Below, one piece after another: positions 18,903 through 27,847 of a stretch of 57,109 nt of DNA (within the stretch, counting starts at the first letter, position 1; every line of letters starts with the position of its first letter). The notes under the pieces are model-generated. The model had not been told where the DNA came from, searched no databases, and saw only the letters and a program-made list of their open reading frames with translations. The translations under genes were made by a program, and so were the position numbers. Source of the DNA: a virus (Duplodnaviria > Caudoviricetes); IMG/VR virus record IMGVR_UViG_3300034130_000016, positions 1 to 57,109 of that record; one strand, given 5' to 3'.

Positions 18903-19088
18903 CTACCCGACGACGCTGAACTTCTCGACGATCGCCCAGAAGCGGTGTGCGGGCACATCGTCGATGGGGACGGTGCCGTTCTCCTGCCTGAGCTGATCGA
19001 CGATCGCAACGACGTCGTAGTCCACACACTCGCCTGCGAGCGCCGTGGTGACCTGGCGCCGCATGTCGGCGTCGGTGAACGTTGCCAT
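18903..19088 (-). CDS. hypothetical protein
   Basis: 61 aa, GGGAGG RBS. Confidence 0.65.
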   Translation of the reverse strand: MATFTDADMRRQVTTALAGECVDYDVVAIVDQLRQENGTVPIDDVPAHRFWAIVEKFSVVG

Positions 19089-19102
19089 TTCCTGGGCCTC
19101 CC

Positions 19103-19312
19103 CTACGCCAGCCGTGCCGCGATCAGCCGGACTGACATCACCGCGTACCGGCGGGCCAGACGGAACTTACCCCGCTTGACGGACTGCACCGCCGCCGCCA
19201 TCGGGCACTGGCATCCGCCGCTCTTGCCGTGCGAGGTCTTCCCGCGCGGCACGTTGGTCTGGATCTTCCGGCGGCGCCCGCCCGGACCACCCGGGTTCGC
19301 ATCCTTGGGCAT
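19103..19312 (-). CDS. small basic protein
   Basis: 69 aa, AAGGAGG RBS. Confidence 0.65.
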   Translation of the reverse strand: MPKDANPGGPGGRRRKIQTNVPRGKTSHGKSGGCQCPMAAAVQSVKRGKFRLARRYAVMSVRLIAARLA

Positions 19313-19325
19313 GTTTCCTCCTTGG

Positions 19326-20036
19326 TTATCCCTCGTCGTAGTAGACGGAGTCTGCGTGTGATTCCCAGCCCGCGTCGCGGGACCGCTCCCCGTCGGCGAT
19401 CCAGGCTTCCGTGATGCGCCGGGTGATGGCCGCGTTGAGGTTGAACCCCTTCAGGAAGGACTCGATCTGGGTGCGCGTCCAGGGGGTCGCGTACTCCTCG
19501 GGCATCCGCTGCCCGGCCTCCTGCACGGAGCGGCGCGCGGCGGCGATCTGCTTCTCCCAGTGGTGTCCCACTTCTACCCTCCCCATCGCGGTCGGTGCCG
19601 GTGGCACGTACGTGCCGTTGAGAACGTCCAGGGTGCGCTGGTCCGGCCCCCCGTAGAACTTGGTCAGTACGGCGTTCGGGATGCTCGGATCCTTGACCAC
19701 CTGGGCGAACAGCGTCATGCACGCCTGGAGCTTGCGCCGGTCGATGTCGCTGAACATCAGTCGCCGATGCTGGAGGACGGCCATGGAGCACTCAGCCAGC
19801 CTCAACCGCAGGACCGGATTGTCCAGGTAGGCCAGCGCCTCGTCGCGGTCGGCGAGCCCGTAGTATCGGGCGGTCTCGCTCTTCGCCAACGCCCTGAGCT
19901 GCGGAAACACGTACCACATCCAGTGGGTGCGCTTCACGCCCTGGCGGATCTCCCGCAGGATCTGGGGGTACTTGCCCTGCTGGGCGAAGGTGAACCGGCT
20001 CACCCCCGTAGGGGTTCGGGTGATGGCGTAGGTCAC
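19326..20036 (-). CDS. DUF1810 (Rv1873-like) protein with C-terminal extension
   Basis: EIRQGVKRTHWMWYVFPQL, EALAYLDNPVL.RL.EC and D..KLQACMTLF motifs; GTG start with GAGGAGG RBS. Confidence 0.82.
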   Translation of the reverse strand: MTYAITRTPTGVSRFTFAQQGKYPQILREIRQGVKRTHWMWYVFPQLRALAKSETARYYGLADRDEALAYLDNPVLRLRLAECSMAVLQHRRLMFSDIDRRKLQACMTLFAQVVKDPSIPNAVLTKFYGGPDQRTLDVLNGTYVPPAPTAMGRVEVGHHWEKQIAAARRSVQEAGQRMPEEYATPWTRTQIESFLKGFNLNAAITRRITEAWIADGERSRDAGWESHADSVYYDEG

Positions 20037-20052
20037 GGCTGCCTCCTCGTAT

Positions 20053-20119
20053 CTGTCGGCCCTAAGCATACACGTCTCTTCCTGCCCGGCACAAGGAGGT
20101 GTACCCTGAAGGCAGACAG
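20053..20119. promoter_or_regulatory. divergent promoter pair, each with an operator copy (c 20053-20073, d 20099-20119)
   Basis: CTGTCGGC-CCTAA-GCATACAC and GTGTACCC-TGAAG-GCAGACAG, each next to an RBS. Confidence 0.6.
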
Positions 20120-20134
20120 ACAAGGAGACACGAC

Positions 20135-20287
20135 ATGAGGACCCACCCCCACCCCATCGGGATGTTCCTGGCATTCCTGCTCCTCGGCCCGTTCATCCTC
20201 GCCGTCGCCCTGGTGGTCCTGACGGTTTACGGCGTGGTGCTGGTCGCCAGCGTCGTGGCCGCCGCCCTCAAGATCGCCTTCGAGTAG
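20135..20287 (+). CDS. small membrane protein
   Basis: AAGGAG RBS; very hydrophobic 50 aa. Confidence 0.65.
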   Translation: MRTHPHPIGMFLAFLLLGPFILAVALVVLTVYGVVLVASVVAAALKIAFE

Positions 20288-20293
20288 GCCGCC

Positions 20294-20494
20294 GTGACCG
20301 AACCCCTGTTCGATGTGGCCGAGCCCGACCCGGGCCGTGAGCACCAGGCGTGCGACACCTGCCTCATCGGCGCCTGGGCGTCCGACGACGCACTCCGGGT
20401 GCGCGGCTGGCAGGTCTACGACGGGGTATCCATGACCGATCGTCGTCTGCGCGTCCGGATCTGTCCGGCGTGCCAACGGAAGGCAGCGAAATGA
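20294..20494 (+). CDS. zinc-ribbon protein
   Basis: CDTC...CPAC. Confidence 0.65.
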   Translation: MTEPLFDVAEPDPGREHQACDTCLIGAWASDDALRVRGWQVYDGVSMTDRRLRVRICPACQRKAAK

Positions 20495-20715
20495 GCCTGG
20501 ATCCTGGACTGGTCGCCACGGTCGCCCGGCAGGAGGCGGCCGACGCCGCACCTGTCGACTGGGACGCCTACCGCAAGTGCTCGCAGGTGTGCCGGGCGGA
20601 GACCGGCGAGGCGTGCTACTCCCTGAGCGGCACCGTCGCCGGAGGTCGGCCGGACAGCGTGCGGACCCCGCTGACCCACGCCCACGTCTCCCGCAAGCTG
20701 CGCAAGCTCCGATAG
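20491..20715 (+). CDS. small Cys/His (zinc-finger-like) protein
   Basis: CSQVC..GEAC...HVSR; ATGA overlap. Confidence 0.65.
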   Translation: MSLDPGLVATVARQEAADAAPVDWDAYRKCSQVCRAETGEACYSLSGTVAGGRPDSVRTPLTHAHVSRKLRKLR

Positions 20716-20725
20716 TGCCGGAGCG

Positions 20726-20760
20726 AAGCGGCCCGCCCCCGAACCGGGTGCGGGCCGCTT
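20726..20760. terminator. terminator hairpin
   Basis: AAGCGGCCCGC.../GCGGGCCGCTT followed by a T-rich tract, between convergent genes. Confidence 0.65.
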
Positions 20761-20830
20761 CTGTCTCTTCGCCCCCCGAGGAGACGCCAGCACTATCTCA
20801 CGCGACGTTTTCGATCATGGCCGTTCGGGG

Positions 20831-21778
20831 TCAGCCACGCATCGGCGAGTTGCGCTCCGCATCCTTGACCGCGTTCGCGTTGACCGACAGCACCGGCCAG
20901 TCCTCCGGGGGAAGGGGGACCACACCCGTGTACGGCGCCACCGGCTTCATCCGGTAGTCCTTCTCCCCGTACCAGATCGTCTTCTGGTGGGTGGTGATGA
21001 CACCCGTGTGAACCATGACCGGCAGGCCGAGCTGGTGCGCCCGCAGACAGAACGACACGTCCTCGCCGCAGCGCTCCCCGTCCGGACCGGCGATCCGCTC
21101 AAACCAGATGTTCGGCGGGGCGCCCTGGTTCGAGAGCCAGACGCTGATCTTTTCGTACACCGACCGGTGGGTGAGCAGGAACCCGGTCCCGGTCGCGCCG
21201 ACCCGGGTCACATCACCGGGCACCCAGTCGGCCCGGGGGATCATCTTGTACGTGCCGGGATGCCCGTCCACGCCGGGAATCCACGCCCAGTCGTACAGCG
21301 TGGGCGACAGTGCCGAGCGCAGGCCGCCCCGGAAGTCGTGCGTGTATTCGCCCTCGATGAAGCACAGGCCGCCCACGATCGGCGCGGTCACCGGGTCGGC
21401 GACCTCCAGCAGCTTCTCCAGCGCGTCCTGCTCCGCGCCGATGTCGGAGTCCCACCAGAGCAGCCATTCGGACTCGCCGGATAGGAACGCGGCGGCGCCC
21501 GTGTTGCGGGCGTGGGACAGCTCCACCGACCGGCCCCACACCGGCACCAGCGCGCCGTTGTTGAGCAGACCCGTGTTGTGCATCAGGTGGTTTCCGTGCG
21601 CCTTGTCGTAGGCGACCATCCGGAATGCCGACTCGACGAAGTTGGCGCCGAACGTGTCCAGGTGCGGGTATCCGATGGTGACCTTCTCACCCGCTCGGGG
21701 GTTGATCGCCTTCTCCAGTTCCATGCGCGCCTCGTATGCGCCTGGTGTGCCGATCAGCACGCCGTCTTGCAGGTCCAT
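20831..21778 (-). CDS. GT-A fold glycosyltransferase
   Basis: ARN, WLLWWDSDI (DxD), ATGTGFLLTHR and GEDVSFC motifs; GGAGGAGG RBS. Confidence 0.85.
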   Translation of the reverse strand: MDLQDGVLIGTPGAYEARMELEKAINPRAGEKVTIGYPHLDTFGANFVESAFRMVAYDKAHGNHLMHNTGLLNNGALVPVWGRSVELSHARNTGAAAFLSGESEWLLWWDSDIGAEQDALEKLLEVADPVTAPIVGGLCFIEGEYTHDFRGGLRSALSPTLYDWAWIPGVDGHPGTYKMIPRADWVPGDVTRVGATGTGFLLTHRSVYEKISVWLSNQGAPPNIWFERIAGPDGERCGEDVSFCLRAHQLGLPVMVHTGVITTHQKTIWYGEKDYRMKPVAPYTGVVPLPPEDWPVLSVNANAVKDAERNSPMRG

Positions 21779-21808
21779 ACGGCCTCCTCCTCCAGGAATC
21801 CGCAGACT

Positions 21809-21822
21809 ACCGCTATGATCGC
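21809..21822 (+). promoter_or_regulatory. putative capsid operon promoter -10 region
   Basis: ACCGCTATGATCGC, identical to 10284-10297. Confidence 0.55.
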
Positions 21823-21884
21823 CCGCAGGTGTATCCGTGCTGCCACGGTCCGGCGGAGCGCTCGAAGTGCGAAGAGAGACAGCA

Positions 21885-23723
21885 GTGAACCTCCCCTTCG
21901 AGGTCCCGACTGACGAGCACGGCGGTTACGCCTTCTCGGGCATGTCGACGGAAGACCTCACTTCGGTCCGCTCGCAGGCGCGTGACGCCGCAGCGGCGTA
22001 CGCGGAGATGGATGTATCGGACGTCTCGTCCGACGACATCGACACCATGAAGGAACTTACCAAGATCGTCCAGGGTGTCGACCAGGAGCGCACCCGCCGG
22101 ACCGGCGCGGCTGGCGCCTTCGCCGCCCTCTCCGAATCGCTCGGCGAGGATGACGACACCGAGGACGCCGCCGCCGATGGCGCGGGCACTGAGGCTGTCA
22201 CTCCGGCGGCTCCCGCCACGACCACGGCGGCGGCCAAGCCGACCGCCCCTGGTGTCGCGGCCGTAGCCGCCCAGGCCACCCCTGCCGTCCCGGCCGAGAC
22301 CGGCGTGCAGCGGTCCCCGGCCGTCATCCTCGCCGGGGCCAACTCCGATTACCCGATGGGTGAGGAGCTGGACTGGACCAAGGTCGGCAAGGCCATCGAG
22401 AAGCGGTTCCTCCAGTACAGCGCGGGCGGCGGTAGCGGCGGTCGTCAGCAGCACTCGGTTGCGCAGTTCAGGCTGGACTACCCGAACGAGCTGACCGCGT
22501 CGGGCGGCCTCATGGAGGACGCGACGGCGGTCATCGACTACGCGGCCTCCGAGAAGCGCCTTCCCGGCGGTTCGCTGCTGGCGTCGGTGCAGATGGCCCG
22601 CAAGAAGATCGAGGCGTCCGGCGGCGCGATGTCGCTGACGGCGGCCGGTGCGGGCTGGTGTGCCCCGTCCGAGGTCATCTACGACCTGTGCGAGCTGGAG
22701 TCGTCCGACGGTCTGCTGGACATTCCGGAGATCAACGTCTCGCGTGGTGGCATCAAGTACACGACCGGCCCGGACTTCTCGTCCATCTACTCGGGCGCCG
22801 GGTACTTCCACTACACCGAGGCGCAGATCATCACCGGCGTGACCAAGCCGGTCATGTCCGTGCCGTGCCCGTCGTTCACGGACACCCGGCTGGAGGCGGA
22901 CGGTCTGGCGATCCAGGCGGACCTGCTCCAGTTGCGGGGTTACCCGGAGCTGATCGCCCGGTTCGTGCGGGGCGCGATGATCGCCCACACGCACAAGATC
23001 AACCAGTTCATGATCAACGCGCTGGTCACCGGCTCGACCGCCCTGGCCCTGCCCTCCAACGTCACCGCCCACACCCCCGCCGCCACCGGCACCTGGGGCA
23101 CAGACCACTCGGTCCTGGCCACCCTGCTGGCCGCCATCGACATGGCGATTCAGGACTACAAGTACCGCCAGCGCATGTCGCTGGGCTCGACCCTCGAAGT
23201 GGTCCTGCCCGCCTGGGTGCAGTCCTGGATCCGCGCGGACCTCACCCGCCGCCAGTTCGTGGACGGCGACGGCTCCGGCGACCAGTTCGCGGCCACCATG
23301 AGCAAGATGGCCGAGTGGCTGGCCGTCCGTGGCGCCCGCGTCCAGTGGGTCTACGACTGGCAGGACGCCTTCTACTGGGCGGCGTACCCGACCGGCGCCC
23401 CGTCGGTCTTCCAGCAGTTCGGCACCACGCCGCTGACCACGGACTTCCTCCAGGACTGGCCGCACACCATGCAGTTCCTGCTGTACGCGGCCGGAACCTG
23501 GGTGCGCGGCAACGCCGACATCATCACCCTGGACACCGTGTACGACTCGACGCTGCTGGCCCAGAACAAGACCACCCAGCTCTTCACGGAGCAGGGCGTC
23601 CTGGCCGCGAAGACCTGCTTCGACTCCCGCGTCTACACCATCGGCAACATCACCGGTGGCCTGGTGCCGGACGGCCAGCCGTCCTACGCGCCGACCACGC
23701 AGCCCGCCTGGACCAACCCGTAA
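21885..23723 (+). CDS. major capsid protein (hexamer type, with N-terminal scaffold-like region)
   Basis: SLTAAGAGWCAPSEVIYDLC, KP..VPCPSF, LQLRGYPE and LFTEQG motifs; acidic Ala-rich N-terminus. Confidence 0.88.
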   Translation: MNLPFEVPTDEHGGYAFSGMSTEDLTSVRSQARDAAAAYAEMDVSDVSSDDIDTMKELTKIVQGVDQERTRRTGAAGAFAALSESLGEDDDTEDAAADGAGTEAVTPAAPATTTAAAKPTAPGVAAVAAQATPAVPAETGVQRSPAVILAGANSDYPMGEELDWTKVGKAIEKRFLQYSAGGGSGGRQQHSVAQFRLDYPNELTASGGLMEDATAVIDYAASEKRLPGGSLLASVQMARKKIEASGGAMSLTAAGAGWCAPSEVIYDLCELESSDGLLDIPEINVSRGGIKYTTGPDFSSIYSGAGYFHYTEAQIITGVTKPVMSVPCPSFTDTRLEADGLAIQADLLQLRGYPELIARFVRGAMIAHTHKINQFMINALVTGSTALALPSNVTAHTPAATGTWGTDHSVLATLLAAIDMAIQDYKYRQRMSLGSTLEVVLPAWVQSWIRADLTRRQFVDGDGSGDQFAATMSKMAEWLAVRGARVQWVYDWQDAFYWAAYPTGAPSVFQQFGTTPLTTDFLQDWPHTMQFLLYAAGTWVRGNADIITLDTVYDSTLLAQNKTTQLFTEQGVLAAKTCFDSRVYTIGNITGGLVPDGQPSYAPTTQPAWTNP

Positions 23724-23735
23724 CCAACCCCGTGA

Positions 23736-23768
23736 CCGTCCGGCCAGCTCCCGCGCTGGCCGGACGGC
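23736..23768 (+). terminator. hairpin between the two capsid genes
   Basis: CCGTCCGGCCAGC/GCTGGCCGGACGG. Confidence 0.6.
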
Positions 23769-23792
23769 TTCGAGGCGAAAGGAGACGGGAAC

Positions 23793-24725
23793 ATGGCGAC
23801 GCTCACGCCGATGACCGGCCCGGTCTACGTCGACCAGCCTGCCGTCGGAAACATCCGGTACGGCCTCTTCGCGGCGGCCAACGGTCCCTTCCCGATGCCC
23901 GCCCACGTCGCCGTGGGCGGGGTTCAGTACCTGGAAGAGCATTGCGGATCCGCCCACCTGTGGGCGGCTGCGTCCTGCTCCTCCCCCACGGTCAACGGCG
24001 GAGTCCTGCCGATCGACGCCTGTGACGGGGCGGCCATCGGCTTGCCGTTCCAGGCCGTTTCGAGCATCAAGCTGGGCGCGTTCCCGTGGTCCTCCGACGA
24101 GGTCATGCGCCGGGCACGGGTGCGGCTCAACGACAACTCGCAGTACGTCGCCGAGCAGGCATTCTGGGGCGGTACGGCCGACGTGCAGGCCGCCCTGGTC
24201 CGCCCGGAACTGAACAACGGCTCCGGCATCCTCGACGTCACGCCGACACCGGGCACCGCCGTCACCCTCGAATACGGTGTCGGCCTGCTCGAAGACGCCC
24301 TGGCCCAGTACAGCTATCCGGGCATTCTGCACTGCCGCCCGTACGTGGTGCCGTACCTGGCCGAACGCAAGTTGGCGCCGACCCCGGTCCGGGCCAACGG
24401 CACCATGGGTGCCGCCCTGACGCCGATGGGCAACATGTGGTCGTGGGGTCGCGGCTACACCGGCAACAAGCCGAACGCCGACACCACCGTCCCGGCGGCC
24501 GGTTCCGCGTACATCGTGGCGACGGGGGCTGTGACGATATGGCGCGACGACAAGGTGTTCGTCAACCCACCGGAGCAGGGGTTCGACCGGTCGGGCAACG
24601 CGTGGCAGACGACGGCTCAGCAGGCGTACGCCATCACGGTGGACTGCGTAGCCTTCTTCGTACTGGTCAATCTCAGCGCGCTCACCGCCAGCACCGGTGC
24701 GGCTGTCGCTGGAGCCCTGTTCTAA
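23793..24725 (+). CDS. second capsid protein (pentamer-type candidate)
   Basis: YGLF, E.AFW, GILH, TPMGN and ATGAVTIWR blocks; directly follows the major capsid gene. Confidence 0.7.
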   Translation: MATLTPMTGPVYVDQPAVGNIRYGLFAAANGPFPMPAHVAVGGVQYLEEHCGSAHLWAAASCSSPTVNGGVLPIDACDGAAIGLPFQAVSSIKLGAFPWSSDEVMRRARVRLNDNSQYVAEQAFWGGTADVQAALVRPELNNGSGILDVTPTPGTAVTLEYGVGLLEDALAQYSYPGILHCRPYVVPYLAERKLAPTPVRANGTMGAALTPMGNMWSWGRGYTGNKPNADTTVPAAGSAYIVATGAVTIWRDDKVFVNPPEQGFDRSGNAWQTTAQQAYAITVDCVAFFVLVNLSALTASTGAAVAGALF

Positions 24726-24737
24726 GGAGAGCGAACG

Positions 24738-25106
24738 ATGCCTACTGGCGATGACTACACCGTCGCGGTCGTCCTGATCAACCGGCATGAGCCGGAGGGT
24801 GAGACGACCGGACGGCTGATCGAGCTGGCCGAGGAGAAGGGCTACGACTCCCGGGTTGTGGAAGCGCAGCGCGGCGAACATGACGTCGCCCTGTCCTGGC
24901 GCGTCCCGGAGGACGTGGCCGAGGCGTTCAACGCCGAGCGGGCCGACCGCTGGCCGGAGGACGCCGAGAAGCCGGACGCCGCAGCGGTCAACGAGGACGC
25001 CTACGCGGCCGACGGTAACCGGGAGGCTGTGGCCGACCCCGCCGCCCACGAGGAAGACACCACCCATCCGGCCCGCCGTGCGCGGCCGGGCAAGGCCAGG
25101 GAGTAG
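24738..25106 (+). CDS. hypothetical virion-region protein
   Basis: AAGGAG RBS, 122 aa, acidic. Confidence 0.7.
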   Translation: MPTGDDYTVAVVLINRHEPEGETTGRLIELAEEKGYDSRVVEAQRGEHDVALSWRVPEDVAEAFNAERADRWPEDAEKPDAAAVNEDAYAADGNREAVADPAAHEEDTTHPARRARPGKARE

Positions 25107-25109
25107 CGA

Positions 25110-25802
25110 ATGACGGCCGTATGTCAGGCCCCCATCCAGGGCACCACCATGCGGGTCCAGACAGTCAACTCGTGCGGTACGCCCCTGGTGGGCTCCTGCG
25201 TGTCGGCCGTCTCGACCGGCTTCGTCTCGGTGGAGATGCAGGATCAGGTCGAAGCGGGTCAGGAGATCGTCGTCCTGAACGCGGCTGGCGTGATGTGCGT
25301 CAACGAGAAGTCGCCGAAGCAGCTCAAGTGGATCGAAGTCACGATCACCTTCTGCAACGTCGACCCGGAACTGTTCGGCCTGATCACGGGTTCGACGCTG
25401 GTCCTGAACAACGCCGCCACCCCGGCGGCGGTCGGCTTCCAGACCCGCACGAGCAACTACGCGGCCGGTGCGTTCGCTCTGGAGGTTTGGACGAACATGT
25501 CCAACGCCCAGTGCGTCACGATCGGCACGTTCTCGCTGGTGCCGTACGGGTACTTCCTGCTGCCGAACATCGTTGAGGGCACCGTCGGTGACCTCAAGAT
25601 CGAAAACAGCAACGTCTCGTTCACGGTGTCGGGCCGTACCAAGCAGGGCACCAACTGGGGCGTCGGCCCGAAGACCGTGCTCGCCAACATGACGAACGGT
25701 ACGGCCTCCAGCCTGCTGGTCGCCCTGCCGAACGACACGCACCGGCACCTCCAGTGGACGTACCTGGCTCCGCCCGCCGCGTCCTGCGGCTGCGCGAGCT
25801 GA
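25110..25802 (+). CDS. major tail protein
   Basis: G..MRV...CG.P, NAAG..CV, FCNVDPEL, FALEVWT and YGYFLLP motifs; followed by a hairpin. Confidence 0.82.
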   Translation: MTAVCQAPIQGTTMRVQTVNSCGTPLVGSCVSAVSTGFVSVEMQDQVEAGQEIVVLNAAGVMCVNEKSPKQLKWIEVTITFCNVDPELFGLITGSTLVLNNAATPAAVGFQTRTSNYAAGAFALEVWTNMSNAQCVTIGTFSLVPYGYFLLPNIVEGTVGDLKIENSNVSFTVSGRTKQGTNWGVGPKTVLANMTNGTASSLLVALPNDTHRHLQWTYLAPPAASCGCAS

Positions 25803-25862
25803 TCGAATGGTCCGGGCGGGCCACCGTCCCGTCCGGCCCGTTCGCCCCCTGGAGGAGGACCG

Positions 25863-26669
25863 ATGACCAGCGCGGTACCCGACGGCTGGACCGTCACGAA
25901 TTTCGCGGGCTGCCAATCCGTGTGGAACGGGCTGTCCGCCCCTCAGCAGGCCCTCGCTCTGCGGCTGGCGACGTTCACCCTCTACTCGCTTACCGGGCGC
26001 CAGTTCGGGACCGTCACGCTCACGCTCAGGCCCTGCAACGCCCCCATGCTGCCGCCGCTCTACCAGGTCTACCCGGTGAACCTGATCAACCCGTGGGGCA
26101 CCGACGAGGGGAACAGCTACTACCCGCTCTACATCCAGAACGGCGTCTGGCACAACGCGGGATGCGCGGGGATCAACTGCTGCGGCGCGACCTGCGAGAT
26201 CCAGCTCCCCCGGACCGTGTCGATCACCTCCGTGAACGTGGACGGCGCCACCGTCACCCCGACCGCCTACCGCATCGACAACGGATCGCTGCTGGTCCGC
26301 ACCGACGGCGCCTGCTGGCCGCAGTGCCAGAACCTCGACGTCAACACCGGCACGGGCGTCTTCACCGTCACCGGAGTGTTCGGCCGGGCCGTCCCCGACG
26401 AGGTTATGGACGGCGCCAGCCTGCTGGCCTGCGAGATCGGTAAGGCCATCGCCGGGCAGCCATGCCGCCTGCCGCAGCGGATGCAGTCCCTGACCCGCTC
26501 CGGGGTGTCCGTACAGTTCCCGGCTGTGAACACCTACCTGGACCGGGGGCTGACCGGTCTCAACGAGGTGGACCAGTTGGTCGTGCAGTTCAACCCGAAC
26601 CGGCTCACGCAGGCCCCGCAGGTGCTCTCCATGGACCAGTCGCCCAACCGCGTCACCACCTGGCCATGA
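25863..26669 (+). CDS. head-to-tail adaptor
   Basis: LTGRQFG...RPC, CWPQCQ, LACE..KA, CRLP.R..S..R.GVS. Confidence 0.75.
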   Translation: MTSAVPDGWTVTNFAGCQSVWNGLSAPQQALALRLATFTLYSLTGRQFGTVTLTLRPCNAPMLPPLYQVYPVNLINPWGTDEGNSYYPLYIQNGVWHNAGCAGINCCGATCEIQLPRTVSITSVNVDGATVTPTAYRIDNGSLLVRTDGACWPQCQNLDVNTGTGVFTVTGVFGRAVPDEVMDGASLLACEIGKAIAGQPCRLPQRMQSLTRSGVSVQFPAVNTYLDRGLTGLNEVDQLVVQFNPNRLTQAPQVLSMDQSPNRVTTWP

Positions 26670-27202
26670 CCGTCGTCGACCCGATCGGCATGCCGGTCGC
26701 CCAGGAACTGCTGACCTGCTTCACGACGCAGCTCGGCCAGCTCGCCAGCCCGCCCAAGTACATTCAGTTGCGCCTGGGCCAGGAGACCGGCCCGCTGATC
26801 GGCGCCAACGTGGACGAGTGCTGCGCGGGCCTGGCGTGGGTGCGGATCTCCAACATCTACCCGTCGTGGGACAACTTCCCGGCCGCCGACAACTCGTGGT
26901 TGCCGTGCGGCCCGCTCGGCTACGCCGTGGTGCTGGAGATGGGTGTCGCGTTCTGTATGCCCTGGTCGGACTCGTCCGACAGCTTCGAGAACGCCGATCC
27001 GCCGTCGACCGCCGACTGGGCCACGGCCGCCGCCACGCAGATGGTCCACCAGACGCTGATGCGGCGCACCGCCGCCTGCTGCTGGCGGCCGACGCAGCGC
27101 CGCGCCGTCGGAGAATGGACGCCGCTTCCGGTGGAAGGCGGCTGCACTGGCGGTAAAATGCTGGTCACCGTCTCCGTGCTTCCCCCGTGTGCGGACTGCT
27201 GA
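26666..27202 (+). CDS. head-tail connector / tail terminator candidate
   Basis: Cys-rich CC.GLAWVR...W.P...EGGC.GG; synteny. Confidence 0.65.
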   Translation: MTVVDPIGMPVAQELLTCFTTQLGQLASPPKYIQLRLGQETGPLIGANVDECCAGLAWVRISNIYPSWDNFPAADNSWLPCGPLGYAVVLEMGVAFCMPWSDSSDSFENADPPSTADWATAAATQMVHQTLMRRTAACCWRPTQRRAVGEWTPLPVEGGCTGGKMLVTVSVLPPCADC

Positions 27203-27214
27203 CAGGAGAAGACC

Positions 27215-27418
27215 ATGACCGAAGCGAAGAAGAAGGCCGCTGAGCGCCGCTTCGAGGTGATGGTGAGCTTCGACGGGCTGAACAAGGGCGACGTCTTCAC
27301 CAGCGCTCTGGACACCTGGACGCAGCAGCACCTGGAAAGCGGCTATCTTCGTGATGTCACGCAGGAGCCGACGACGGAGGAGACGCACAATGTCCGGGGT
27401 GAAGTCGGTCAGGGTTGA
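27215..27418 (+). CDS. hypothetical protein
   Basis: AGGAG RBS, 67 aa. Confidence 0.6.
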   Translation: MTEAKKKAAERRFEVMVSFDGLNKGDVFTSALDTWTQQHLESGYLRDVTQEPTTEETHNVRGEVGQG

Positions 27419-27836
27419 CCTGTACCAGGACGTCATCAAGAGCATCCTCCAGGACGACGTCGGTCGCGAGGTCATCCGTACGACGGTGAAGGTGCTGAAC
27501 CGGGGGAGGGTGCTGACGCCCGTCGACACTGGCAACCTGCGCGCCAGCCACCAGATGAAGATCAAACATGGTGATCGGCGGATCATCGGCGAGGTCTTCA
27601 CCAAGGTCAAGTACGCCCTGCCCGTGCACGAGGGCCGACGCGCCCTCGTGATCCACCCGAAGAGTAAGCAGGCCCTCGCGTTCCGCTGGCACGGCCAGCA
27701 GTTCGTGCGCAAGTGGGTCTCCCAGCCTGCCCGGCACGGACGCCCGTGGCTGAGGGACGCACTGCGCGAAGTCGCGGCCAGCGAGGGCTACAAGATGCAA
27801 TCCGCCGCCGCAGCAGACAGCGGCGGGGACCTGTAG
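27390..27836 (+). CDS. HK97 gp10-like neck protein
   Basis: TPVDTGNLRAS, YALPVHEG, PWLRDAL. Confidence 0.8.
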   Translation: MSGVKSVRVDLYQDVIKSILQDDVGREVIRTTVKVLNRGRVLTPVDTGNLRASHQMKIKHGDRRIIGEVFTKVKYALPVHEGRRALVIHPKSKQALAFRWHGQQFVRKWVSQPARHGRPWLRDALREVAASEGYKMQSAAAADSGGDL

Positions 27837-27847
27837 GAGGAGGAACC

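Noticed and set aside
21813-26153. 1446-aa minus-strand ORF
   Set aside because: Antisense shadow of the capsid and tail genes; high GC3 removes stops in that frame, and it has no motifs
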